Assembly: GCA_030604405.1 (NCBI GenBank)
Contig: JAUVVY010000024.1
Span: 301 to 64,300 of the forward strand
DNA from: a bacterium
Lineage (GTDB): Bacteria; Armatimonadota; Zipacnadia; Zipacnadales; UBA11051
DNA length: 64,000 nt
Reading direction: 5' to 3'
This document shows positions 28,880-37,913 of this stretch, piece after piece. The first letter of the stretch is position 1; each line of letters opens with the position of its first letter. The notes below the pieces were generated by a model. The model was not told the DNA's origin, did no database searches, and saw only the letters and a list, made by a program, of their open reading frames with translations. A program made the position numbers and the translations under genes.

Positions 28880-30040
28880 CTACCCCGCCCGCAGTTTCTG
28901 CCACTCGTCAACCATTGCCAGGAAGTTCGCCCACGGGTGCATGCTGTGCATGCAGTTGCACGGCGTCAGCAACAGTCCCGTGGTGCCAAAGACACCGAAC
29001 ACCTCACGCACCACCTCCCGCACGATCTCGGGATCCTTCGCCTGCGTGTGGTCGGTGTCGTTGGGGCCGGTCCAGAAGCTCTTGGTGCCCTGCTGGGAGT
29101 CGCGGATTGCCTCCAGGTCAACGCCGGGGAAGCCGACTGCGACTGAGTTGAGACAGTCGAAATCGAGCCCGCGCAGGTAGTCAAGCATCGGCATGATGCC
29201 GGTATGGACGGTGTAGGTAATCGCAATGCCGCCCTGGTGGGCCAGGGCGATCTCAGCCTGCAGCCTGTCGTAGAGGAAATCGTGCAGCATTACAGGGCTG
29301 TAGAAGTCGCCGGTTTCATAAAAGCCGTTGCGGGTGATGATGTCCGCTCCCAACTCAGCGGCGATTTCGAGATTGCGCAGGTTGACCTGGTGCTCGATCT
29401 CGAGATACTCGTCCACCAGAGCTGGGTTGTCCACCGTCATCATGCACAGTTGCGTCGGACCGAACAGAGGCAGTGCGCCGGTCAAACCCAGGCCGCAACT
29501 GGCGCGGGTGGCGAGATTCCACCTGTCGGCCAGGCGCCTGGCCTCATTGAAGTAGAAGCGGGTTGCCTCAAGCCTCTGCAGGTCGTCCACGGGCTGCAGG
29601 ATGTGGCGGAAACACTCCAGGTCGTGCTCGTCTTGAATCCAGAACTTCGTGGCGTAGCTGGGGTTGAAGTCGCTGTACAGAGGGATGTCGAAGCCATGAG
29701 GCCAGTTCTCGTCGTACCTGATGGCAGCCTCGACATCGCCGGCGGCGGTGGCATAGACCTTGTGGATGATGTTGCCTTCGATCCACACCTTGCTGGACAC
29801 CTCCGGGGCAGGCTGCGCTCCGGCCAGGGAGACCTCGACTACCGGATCAACACCAAGCTGGCTGACACAATATTGCAGCCGTTCAGCCTGCGACGGCCCC
29901 CACGGGAACTGGTACGGCAGGCCGAGACGCTGGTGCACCTGCATATCACAAAACGTCGGTGTGCAGGGCGCGTAGTCAACCGGCTCGCATCTCAGTGCGG
30001 CCAGGACACGCTCGCGGGAAGTCATTTGCCCGGCTTGCAT
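28880..30040 (-). CDS. URO-D/MtaA/CmuA-like family protein (paralog B)
   Basis: 386 aa, about 60% identical to 30047..31210. Lacks the HemE PxWxMRQAGR motif, so it is probably not the haem enzyme. Confidence 0.7.
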   Translation of the reverse strand: MQAGQMTSRERVLAALRCEPVDYAPCTPTFCDMQVHQRLGLPYQFPWGPSQAERLQYCVSQLGVDPVVEVSLAGAQPAPEVSSKVWIEGNIIHKVYATAAGDVEAAIRYDENWPHGFDIPLYSDFNPSYATKFWIQDEHDLECFRHILQPVDDLQRLEATRFYFNEARRLADRWNLATRASCGLGLTGALPLFGPTQLCMMTVDNPALVDEYLEIEHQVNLRNLEIAAELGADIITRNGFYETGDFYSPVMLHDFLYDRLQAEIALAHQGGIAITYTVHTGIMPMLDYLRGLDFDCLNSVAVGFPGVDLEAIRDSQQGTKSFWTGPNDTDHTQAKDPEIVREVVREVFGVFGTTGLLLTPCNCMHSMHPWANFLAMVDEWQKLRAG

Positions 30041-30046
30041 CGTCAG

Positions 30047-31210
30047 CTAGCCTCCGCGCAGCTTCTTCCACTCGTCAACCATCGCCAGGGTGTTTTCCCA
30101 CGGATTGGGGCCGTGGATTGATGGACAGGAGCCAAGCACCACACCCGTAGTGCCCAGAACGCGGAAAACCTGCCGCACCACTTCACGCATAATTTCCGGG
30201 TCGTCGGCATTGGTGTGATGCGTGTTGTCGGGGCCGATCCAGAAGCTTTTCGCATCCTCCTGCGAATCGCGGATTTTCTCCAGATCAACGCCGTGGAAGC
30301 CCAGGCCAATCGAATCGAGACAATCGAAGTCCAGCCTGCGCAAATAATCGAGCATCGGCATGACGCCGCTGTGGACGAGGTAGGTGACCAGGATTCCGCC
30401 TTGGTGGGCCAGGGCGATCTCGGCCTGCAACCTGTCGTAGAGGAACTCCTGCAGCATCGCCGGGCTGTAGAAGTCAGAGGTCTCGTAAAAGCCGTTGCGG
30501 GTGACGATGTCTACCTCGAGGTCGGCAGCGATCTCGAGATTGCGCAGGTTGACCTGGTGGTCGATGTCGAGATACCCATGCACAAGGTCGGGGTTATCGA
30601 GCGTCATCATGCACAACTGCGTGGGTCCGAAGAGCTGCAATGCGCCCGTCAGGCCCGTCCCGCAGCCGGCTCTGGTCGCCAGATTCCACTTGTCGGCCAG
30701 GAGCCTCTTGGCCTCGTTGAAGCTGAAACGTATTGCCTCGCGCCTCGCCGCATAGTCCACGGGCTGTAGGATATGGCGGAAGCAGTCCAGATCCTGCTCG
30801 GTTTCAATCCAGGGCTTCGTGTAATGGGCGGGCAGGAAGTCGCTGTAGAAGGGGATGTCATAGCCGCCGGGCCAGCGGTCGTTGTACTCAACGGCCGCCT
30901 CGACATCGCCGGCAGGAGTGCAATAGACCTTGTGGATGACATTATCTTCCATCCATACCTTGCTCGACACGTCGGGTGACATCTGCGACCCGCCAAGACC
31001 GACGTTCACCACCGGATCAAGGCCCAGTTCGTTGATGAGGTACTCGATCTGTTCGCGCGCCGACGGCCCCCACGGGAATTGGTAGGTGTAGCCGATGCGC
31101 GACTTTTCGTGCAAGGGATTGAATCCCGGCGAGCACGGGACGTAATCCACCGGCTCACGCTTGAGTGCGGCCAGGACTCTTTCGCGTGAAGTCATCTCCT
31201 GGGAGCGCAT
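30047..31210 (-). CDS. URO-D/MtaA/CmuA-like family protein (paralog A)
   Basis: 387 aa. Tandem duplicate separated by 6 bp from paralog B. Confidence 0.7.
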   Translation of the reverse strand: MRSQEMTSRERVLAALKREPVDYVPCSPGFNPLHEKSRIGYTYQFPWGPSAREQIEYLINELGLDPVVNVGLGGSQMSPDVSSKVWMEDNVIHKVYCTPAGDVEAAVEYNDRWPGGYDIPFYSDFLPAHYTKPWIETEQDLDCFRHILQPVDYAARREAIRFSFNEAKRLLADKWNLATRAGCGTGLTGALQLFGPTQLCMMTLDNPDLVHGYLDIDHQVNLRNLEIAADLEVDIVTRNGFYETSDFYSPAMLQEFLYDRLQAEIALAHQGGILVTYLVHSGVMPMLDYLRRLDFDCLDSIGLGFHGVDLEKIRDSQEDAKSFWIGPDNTHHTNADDPEIMREVVRQVFRVLGTTGVVLGSCPSIHGPNPWENTLAMVDEWKKLRGG

Positions 31211-31281
31211 AGGGGCTAGTGCTCCTTTCTCGGACTTGAGGACATGCAGCAGGGAAAGCGGCTGTCTAAGTTTGCGGCGTG

Positions 31282-31839
31282 CTAGTTAAACTTATTCATG
31301 GCCGCCTCGATGCCCTCTTTCAGGACGAACTCGATACATGCAACGGCCTCGATAGCCAGCTCGTCGGCGATTTGCTGTTCCGCGGGCCTGAAGGGGGACA
31401 GTACGTAGTGGCGAGCGTCCTGATTGGGCGGCGGGGAGCCGATGCCGAGACGGACCCGGGGGATTTCGTCGGTGCCGATGCAGTCAATGATGCTTTGGAT
31501 GCCCTTGTGGCCGCCGGCGCTGCCCTTGCGACGCAGCCGGACAGTACCCGGCTCCAGGGCGATATCATCATAGACAATCAGCAGATCAGAAGCGGCAAGC
31601 CGATAGAAACGGGCAACCAGATCAACTGATTGCCCGCTGTTGTTCATGAATATCTGCGGCTTGACCAGGAGCACTTCATGGCCGGCGACGCGGCCCTTGC
31701 CGAACAGTGAACGGAATCTGCGCCGGTTGACGGGGATGCCGTGGACTTCGGCGAGCGCGTCAACTACCCAGCAGCCGATGTTATGCTTGGTGTTGCCATA
31801 TTCGCGCCCGGGATTGCCCAGACCGACGATGCAGTGCAT
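31282..31839 (-). CDS. pth: Peptidyl-tRNA hydrolase
   Basis: GLGNPG…H and NIGxxxxD motifs. 185 aa. Confidence 0.9.
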   Translation of the reverse strand: MHCIVGLGNPGREYGNTKHNIGCWVVDALAEVHGIPVNRRRFRSLFGKGRVAGHEVLLVKPQIFMNNSGQSVDLVARFYRLAASDLLIVYDDIALEPGTVRLRRKGSAGGHKGIQSIIDCIGTDEIPRVRLGIGSPPPNQDARHYVLSPFRPAEQQIADELAIEAVACIEFVLKEGIEAAMNKFN

Positions 31840-31856
31840 GTGGGTTCCCGCCCGGA

Positions 31857-32612
31857 TTATTCGGAGCCCTCGTCCTCGGAGGCCTCGCCCTCTTCGCCCT
31901 CTTCGCCCTCAGCGACCTCTTCGCCCTCTCCAACTTCCGCCTCTTCTTCCATATCTTCAGGCGCAACTTCGCCCTCTTCGAGTTCCAGCTCTTCGAGTTC
32001 GCCCTCCGGAAGCTCCTCGTCAACGCGCACCTCGAGGTCCTCGTCGGTAATCGGCCGCGCAATCGTCACGACGCCATCGTCGGGGTCCATAAGCAGCTTG
32101 ATGCCCTCAGGCACAGTGATGTCAGAGGCGTGGCGCGTATCGGCGATGTTCATGTCGGTTATGTCTATGACCAGGTGCTGCGGGATGTTGGTGGGCAGGC
32201 ACTCGACTTCGGCCTCGTAATAGAGCTGGTTCACTGAGCCGCCCTCCTCGACGCCCGGAGCATCGCCCTGGACAACTATGGGGACGCTGACGACGATGGA
32301 CTCGGTCAGCGAAATCCACTGCAGGTCCACACTGAGCGGTTCCTTGTGCACCGGCGACCACTGGATCTCCTTGATGATGGCGGCGATGTCGGGATCGGCT
32401 TCAGCGCCGGTGAGCTCAAGCGAAATTAGCACATTGCCGCCGGTAGCGCGGTCAAGCACTTCGAAAAGCCGGCGGCGATCCACCGCGAACTCCAGCGTCT
32501 CCCTCCCCAGTCCATAAACTACGCCCGGGACCTTACCGGCGGCCCGCAGCTTCCTGGCTGCGCCGGAGCCGGAATCCTTCTTCTTTTCTGCAACAAGCGT
32601 TATCTGTTCCAC
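31857..32612 (-). CDS. rplY: 50S ribosomal protein L25 / general stress protein Ctc with a long acidic C-terminal tail
   Basis: RxxGxVPxVxYG N-terminal L25 motif and the Ctc-type second domain. The last ~50 residues are almost entirely E, G and D. Confidence 0.85.
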   Translation of the reverse strand: MEQITLVAEKKKDSGSGAARKLRAAGKVPGVVYGLGRETLEFAVDRRRLFEVLDRATGGNVLISLELTGAEADPDIAAIIKEIQWSPVHKEPLSVDLQWISLTESIVVSVPIVVQGDAPGVEEGGSVNQLYYEAEVECLPTNIPQHLVIDITDMNIADTRHASDITVPEGIKLLMDPDDGVVTIARPITDEDLEVRVDEELPEGELEELELEEGEVAPEDMEEEAEVGEGEEVAEGEEGEEGEASEDEGSE

Positions 32613-32783
32613 CGTGAGTTCAGCCTCCTGAGGCTAAGCCTACCGCCGTACCGCTACGGTAAGGCTTTTGACATTGCCTGATTATCTTTTCCCGCGGGCA
32701 CCAGCAGGTGGCCCGTGAGCCTGCACGTCATAGCCCGGCCCTGCGCCACTGTTTGCGCGCAAGGCCGGTATCCAATACGAAAC

Positions 32784-32858
32784 TGGCTGGGGCGGAAGGA
32801 TTCGAACCTTCGCATGCGGGATCCAAAGTCCCGTGCCTTACCACTTGGCTACGCCCCA
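32784..32858 (-). tRNA. tRNA-Gln (anticodon UUG)
   Basis: 75 nt, UGGGGCGUAGCCAAGUGGUAAGGCACGGGACUUUGGAUCCCGCAUGCGAAGGUUCGAAUCCUUCCGCCCCAGCCA. U1-A72 acceptor stem, 7-nt anticodon loop CUUUGGA, TΨC stem-loop GAAGG-UUCGAAU-CCUUC, encoded CCA. Close to E. coli tRNA-Gln. Confidence 0.85.
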
Positions 32859-32919
32859 ACTAACTGAGTGTCGGCTGCGCCAATCCACTTGGCCGGTAAC
32901 CACAAGCGCACGGCCCTGG

Positions 32920-33696
32920 TCACCGATCGGCAAGCCACTGCCTGGCGAGTCGCAGATCGCTCACCTTGTCTATGTCAAAGGCAACGCCGGGATGCGGGCT
33001 GATGACGAGCAGCGCTTCGCATCCCAGTATCTCTTCAGTACGCCTGACGGTCGCAACCAGTGAAAGACGTTTCAGCAGTAGTTTAACCACAAATCGCCAG
33101 CCTAGCAAGCTCCCGAGTGCAATTTTGCTCTTGCGAGCGGCGAAGAATACCCTGACCTGCTCCAGGTTATGCTCAAGAAAATGCCTGCTCATGGCACTTA
33201 AACAGCCGCTGATAAAGGCCTCCTCGACCAGGTTCACCGTCGTTCGCTTCGTATTGGGCAGCTCGGCCCTTACCACCGACGCCTTGACCACCGAATACGC
33301 CAGGTCGGCGCTCGGCCGGTTGCGACAGGCCTGAACGAAGTGGCTGACGGCCTCGGGCGTAAGCATCGGCGCATCGCAGGTGCAGATGACCAGATAGTCG
33401 AATTCCCTCAGCGCCTCGCCGGCGGCCTCGACAGCGTCCGCAAAGCTTTCGCCCTGCGGCCGCACGATCGGCAGGTCGGTATCGAGATGCGGCGCAGCAC
33501 CCGATTCGTGAGCGACAATGATGACTTCGTCCAGCTCCGGGCACTGCCGCACCGCCTTGATAACATAATCTATCTGCGGCTTGCCGCCCAGCTCGATAAG
33601 CGCCTTGTGGGGCACCTTCAGCTTGCGAGCCAGTTTGTCCGCCCCGCCACTGGCCAGGATCGCCGCAGCGAAGGTCGGTTGCGCATTCTCAGACAT
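32920..33696 (-). CDS. Nucleotidyltransferase-domain protein (MobA/IspD-like NTP_transf_3)
   Basis: AAILASGGADKL N-terminal sugar-nucleotidyltransferase motif. Start taken at MSENAQP. Confidence 0.55.
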   Translation of the reverse strand: MSENAQPTFAAAILASGGADKLARKLKVPHKALIELGGKPQIDYVIKAVRQCPELDEVIIVAHESGAAPHLDTDLPIVRPQGESFADAVEAAGEALREFDYLVICTCDAPMLTPEAVSHFVQACRNRPSADLAYSVVKASVVRAELPNTKRTTVNLVEEAFISGCLSAMSRHFLEHNLEQVRVFFAARKSKIALGSLLGWRFVVKLLLKRLSLVATVRRTEEILGCEALLVISPHPGVAFDIDKVSDLRLARQWLADR

Positions 33697-33722
33697 GCCT
33701 GTAGCTTTCCACAGCTTTGTTT

Positions 33723-34616
33723 CTACTGCTTCCGTGTTGCTCCAGCAGCGCAAGGCAAATAGTTTAGCATTTTTCCCGCATAAGTCCAATAGCCGGCTTT
33801 GCGCAAATCCTCAGCACAGCGCCTGGCTGCGGTCGCGTCGGCGAACAGACCGAATACGCATGAGCCACTGCCACACAGCATTGCGACGCCTGCTCCGGCC
33901 TCCAGGAGCTGTTGGCGCAGCCTCCGCACCGGCGGGTACTCGCCCTCGATGACTCGCTCAAAATCATTGACAAGCAGGGCCGCGCAGTCAAGCAAGTCAG
34001 CCCCCTGCTGCAGTCTGTCGAAAAGCTCTCTGGTCTTTGCGCCATCGGAATAGCTCCCCGGGCCGAGCAATCCGTAGGCGGTCTTGGTGCTGATGCTGAG
34101 GTCGGGCCTTGCCAGGACTACGTCGCCCGCAGCGGATTGTGGTGACCGGACAATCTGCTCGCCTCGACCGGTGCCCAGAGCCGTGCCGCCCTGCAAGAAA
34201 AATGCGACATCGCTGCCGACGGCACTAGCTACCGCCTGCAGGTCCACCCCGGCATCCAGCAGCCGGTCCAGAGCACAGATAGTGGCCGCAGCGTCGGAGC
34301 TGCCGCCTCCCAGCCCCGCGCCGACCGGGATGTTTTTGGTGAGCTGAATAGTCGCGACCGGCTCTTTGCCCGCGACCTCAAAATATAGCCCAGCCGCGCG
34401 GATGCACAGGTTGTTCTCGTCCTCGGGCACGTCAAAGCCGTCGGCGGCCATGTGCAGGCCGGGCTCCTGGAGCCTCACCGTCAGTTCATCAGCCAGGTCC
34501 ACGGTCTGGAATATGGTGATCAGATCGTGATACCCGTCCTGGCGCTTGCCGAGTATCTGCAAGCCCAGGTTAATCTTGGCGCAGGCTTTCAGGCTGACCG
34601 TGCGCGTGCGTCCCAT
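33723..34616 (-). CDS. ispE: 4-diphosphocytidyl-2-C-methyl-D-erythritol kinase
   Basis: GHMP-kinase motifs KINLGLQILGKRQDGYH and PVGAGLGGGSSDAAA. Confidence 0.85.
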   Translation of the reverse strand: MGRTRTVSLKACAKINLGLQILGKRQDGYHDLITIFQTVDLADELTVRLQEPGLHMAADGFDVPEDENNLCIRAAGLYFEVAGKEPVATIQLTKNIPVGAGLGGGSSDAAATICALDRLLDAGVDLQAVASAVGSDVAFFLQGGTALGTGRGEQIVRSPQSAAGDVVLARPDLSISTKTAYGLLGPGSYSDGAKTRELFDRLQQGADLLDCAALLVNDFERVIEGEYPPVRRLRQQLLEAGAGVAMLCGSGSCVFGLFADATAARRCAEDLRKAGYWTYAGKMLNYLPCAAGATRKQ

Positions 34617-34620
34617 CTCT

Positions 34621-35496
34621 CTATTCGCCTTCCATGACGCTGTGAATAGCGGCAGCCAGTCTCACGAAGTCCTGCACGGCTAATTCCTCGCCGCGGCGGC
34701 CCCCATCAACGCCCGCATCCGCCAGTGCCTCATCGAGCTCCGATTTGGTGATGTCGAGGTGATGGCTCATAGCCATCGAGTTACGCAGCGTCTTGCGGCG
34801 GTGGGCGAAGGCGGCCTTGATTGTCCGGAACAGCAGTTCCTCCTGCTGCGAGTTCAAGCCGGCAGCTTCGGCAGGATCAGGCAGCGGATGTAAAGCCAGC
34901 GCTGCCGAATCCACGTCCGGTCGCGGCAGGAAGGCACCAGGCCCCAGACGGCGCAGCATTTCGACGCGGCCCAGGTAATAATCGGCGAATACCGACAGCA
35001 CCCCGTATTGCTCGTCACCCGGCCCGGCCACAAGCCGCTCAGCCACCTCCGTCTGGACGGTGACGATGATGATGTCGCAGCGGTGGCCGATCTCCATCAG
35101 CCTGCGCAAGAGCAGGCCCGTAATATGATAGGGGAGATTGCCCACTACTGCCAGTCGCCGGCCGGGGGCGAAGTTGCCCAGATCCTCTTTGGTAATGTCG
35201 CAGTGTCTGACAGCCACATTGGGAAACGGCTCAGTGAGCAACTGCAGGGGCGGGATGAGATGCTTGTCGGTCTCGAAGCCGGCAAGCTCCCTGCCCAGGT
35301 TCGCCAGCGGCACTGTCAGCGCGCCCAGGCCAGCGCCGATCTCGATTATCAATGTGTCAGGCTCGGTGTACCGGTCAACGGCCTGCGCCAGCGCGTCGGC
35401 GGCGGCGTCATCAATCAGGAAGTTCTGGCTGAGAGACTTGCGCGGACGCAGGTCAAAAAGCTGCAGCAGGCGTCGAGTGCGGGCCTTGAGCGGCAT
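34621..35496 (-). CDS. rsmA: 16S rRNA (adenine1518/1519-N6)-dimethyltransferase
   Basis: LSQNFLID N-terminal motif and IEIGAGLGALT SAM-binding motif. The ORF track extends to 35592 with a 32-aa N-terminal extension. Confidence 0.85.
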   Translation of the reverse strand: MPLKARTRRLLQLFDLRPRKSLSQNFLIDDAAADALAQAVDRYTEPDTLIIEIGAGLGALTVPLANLGRELAGFETDKHLIPPLQLLTEPFPNVAVRHCDITKEDLGNFAPGRRLAVVGNLPYHITGLLLRRLMEIGHRCDIIIVTVQTEVAERLVAGPGDEQYGVLSVFADYYLGRVEMLRRLGPGAFLPRPDVDSAALALHPLPDPAEAAGLNSQQEELLFRTIKAAFAHRRKTLRNSMAMSHHLDITKSELDEALADAGVDGGRRGEELAVQDFVRLAAAIHSVMEGE

Positions 35497-35667
35497 TTCC
35501 AGCAAGTCGCTCGCGGTCGCACCCGGCGGCTGGGGCAGTTCCGCCTGGCCGGGCTCGGTACCATTGGAGCGCGAGTTCTTTTGGGGGGCCATGTTTGTGA
35601 TCCTAACTGCTCCAACGGCCAGACAGGCTGGAAAGCCTGTCCCACGCGATGTAGGAATGGTGCTGCG

Positions 35668-36444
35668 TCAAATCAGCTCGCGGAGGAACTGCAGGCCGCG
35701 CTGGCAGTCGCCCAGCCGGTCGTCGCCACTCTCGCGCTCGATGCACAGCCAGCCGTCAAAGCCCACGGCGCGCAGGGCGGCGATCCATTCAGGGAAACCA
35801 ATGTCGCCCTCGCCCAGCGGTGTCTCTTCGGTGCTGCCATCCGGGTTGAGCCTGGCATCCTTGGCGTGCGTGTGCTCGGTCAGGTCGCCGAAGAGCTTAA
35901 CGCCCTCGAACCAGTCGAAGCCGCCAAGCAGGAAATTGGCCGGGTCGTAGTTGACTTTCAGGCCCGGGGAATTGACGGCGCGGATGAATTTGAGCATGGT
36001 GCGAGCGTCTTCCGGGCCGGTTTCGCAGCATAGCGTCTTGCCCATCACCCCGGCTTCATCACCGATGGCTCGCAGGGCCTCGATCATTGCTTGGGCCTCC
36101 GGCGTGCGCAGATCAGCGGGCATGACACCGACATGGCTGGTGATGCGCGGGATGTCGAGGATCTGGCAGACGACTAACTCATCGCGGGCCTTCTGCATGG
36201 CCACCGGGCGGTGCTCGGGGTCCAGGAAGCTGCCGAGTCCGCCGGTGATTGCGCAGATTTCCAGCCCGGCCTGCTCGCAGGCTTCGCGGACACGAGCGCC
36301 GTCGTCGGAGCGCACCTGCTCGAGTTCCACAAAGCCCTCGGCCATCCACAGGGCGATACCGTCAAAGCCCATTTCGCCCGCCGCTTCAATGCCCTCATAC
36401 ATCGGCAGACCGAGATTCCAACTGCGGACGCTGATTTTCATCAT
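35668..36444 (-). CDS. Sugar phosphate isomerase/epimerase (xylose-isomerase-like TIM barrel)
   Basis: AP-endonuclease 2 / TIM-barrel pattern. Start taken at MMKISVRS. Confidence 0.7.
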   Translation of the reverse strand: MMKISVRSWNLGLPMYEGIEAAGEMGFDGIALWMAEGFVELEQVRSDDGARVREACEQAGLEICAITGGLGSFLDPEHRPVAMQKARDELVVCQILDIPRITSHVGVMPADLRTPEAQAMIEALRAIGDEAGVMGKTLCCETGPEDARTMLKFIRAVNSPGLKVNYDPANFLLGGFDWFEGVKLFGDLTEHTHAKDARLNPDGSTEETPLGEGDIGFPEWIAALRAVGFDGWLCIERESGDDRLGDCQRGLQFLRELI

Positions 36445-36752
36445 TAACCCTTCCCAGATGTGATGGCGAGGCACACACGGAACCGGACTCGGGCTGGAGC
36501 AGTGCTCATGCAAATATTGGATACCTTTGGTTGCCGGCTGATGGCTCATAGCCGTAAGTCGTAATGGAGGGGCCTGTCGCAGCAGGCCGAGCTTGTCGAG
36601 GCCTGCAAGCCTGGCCCAGCCGTTGTCGTTGGCCGTTTAGGTGTATAGACTCGCCAGGATAGCGTCCTGCGCGGGCCGGGCTCCCATCGGACGACTGTGT
36701 CGCCCGATGCTCGACGCGGCCCCTCCGAAAGCCAACGTCTCAACCTTTCAGC

Positions 36753-36860
36753 GCGTGGGTCGGGTTTTCCAGCCCGACGCCGTTGTTGTTGAGTCGTCCG
36801 GAGGGGCCGAATGGGTGGCTGTCGCGTAGCGACAGACGGGCCCCATCCGGCCCAAGGACT
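36753..36860. repeat. Hairpin repeat module (gtcgggttttccagcccgac plus cgccgttgttgttgagtcgtccggaggggccgaatgggtggc…gggccccatccggccca) downstream of the methyltransferase
   Basis: The hairpin plus an about 90-bp module is about 85% identical to 4778..4860 and is related to the 4871..5085 tandem units. Confidence 0.5.
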
Positions 36861-36993
36861 GTCAGAGCCCCATCGCCCACCATCACACATGCGCCGGTCA
36901 CAAACCAATAATCTGCATGACTACACTGGAAGCCCGAGCGACGCGGCGATGAATTGTGATGCTCACTGCCGCGCCAGCGCCCTCTTGAGGCCA

Positions 36994-37812
36994 TCACTCC
37001 TTACGGAAATTGAGGCAGTAGTGGTGCATGGTGTTGGAGACCCAGGCCCAACGCATGCCATACGGACTCAGGCGCAGGTCGTCCTGGCACCAGATCTTCT
37101 CATCCTTCAGAGTAAGAAATTCAGACATCCGCCCCGCCAGGTCCCAGGCCAGCGGGTAGATCGTGCCGCCCTTTTTGATATTCTTGACGATGACCGTCAT
37201 ATAGGCCTGTTCTCTAAGCAGTTCGGCAACCTTACGATAGATATGGCTGAGGGTGTCGAGAAAGTGGCGGTAATCCTCGATGTTGCCAAGGTCGGCCTCA
37301 TCGTCGGAATAATGCACATCCAGGCTATCGTCCTCACGGCGCTCTTGCTGGGTGTCAAAGCCCTTGCGGTGCAGCATGTCCCAGTAGGGCGGAGAGGTGA
37401 TGCAATAATCTATCTCAGGAAAGTCGAGGTCGGCGATGTTGGCCGCGTTGGCGGCTTCCAGGCGATACTCAGGCGGGTCGTCCAGTTTCTCGTGTAGCTC
37501 TTGCAGGCGCTCGCGGGCGATGTCGGCGTATTTATCCTGCAGCTCGACGCCGTATGCGCGCCGGCCGCTCTGCAGGGCCGCAATCAAGGCGCTGCCGGTG
37601 CCGGCCATCGGGTCGAGTACGGCCTGGCCCTGCTTGGTAAAGAAGGTAATGAACTCGGCGATGAGCTTTTCAGGGAACTTTGCCGGGTGCAAGAGCACGT
37701 CGGAGTCGCGCCGCGCCGGTCTGTGGATGAACCACGATTTCTGGAACTTGATCCACTCTTTGGAGTATAGGTCATTGAGCCGGTTGTGCTTCAGTGGCTT
37801 GCCCCGGTTCAA
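36994..37812 (-). CDS. N4/N6 (SPPY-type) nucleic-acid methyltransferase, apparently orphan
   Basis: HPAKFPEKL…VLDPMAGTGS SAM-binding region followed by catalytic ITSPPYW. TTG start chosen 8 nt after GGAGG. The ORF-track frame runs on to 38163 without a better start. Confidence 0.6.
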   Translation of the reverse strand: MNRGKPLKHNRLNDLYSKEWIKFQKSWFIHRPARRDSDVLLHPAKFPEKLIAEFITFFTKQGQAVLDPMAGTGSALIAALQSGRRAYGVELQDKYADIARERLQELHEKLDDPPEYRLEAANAANIADLDFPEIDYCITSPPYWDMLHRKGFDTQQERREDDSLDVHYSDDEADLGNIEDYRHFLDTLSHIYRKVAELLREQAYMTVIVKNIKKGGTIYPLAWDLAGRMSEFLTLKDEKIWCQDDLRLSPYGMRWAWVSNTMHHYCLNFRKE

Positions 37813-37913
37813 GGCATCAGCCTCCAGATGACAGCAACTTGCTTTACCGGCTGCTATTTCAACAGCCGCGCCGCCGTATCCTGCGCGAGTAAATGAAAGT
37901 GCAAGCGTGTGCT

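Noticed and set aside
36546-36908. A 120-aa ORF downstream of the methyltransferase, considered as a possible restriction-endonuclease partner.
   Set aside because: It lies entirely within the hairpin-repeat module at 36753..36860. Its R/P/G-rich translation looks like repeat-derived noise. There is no start context.
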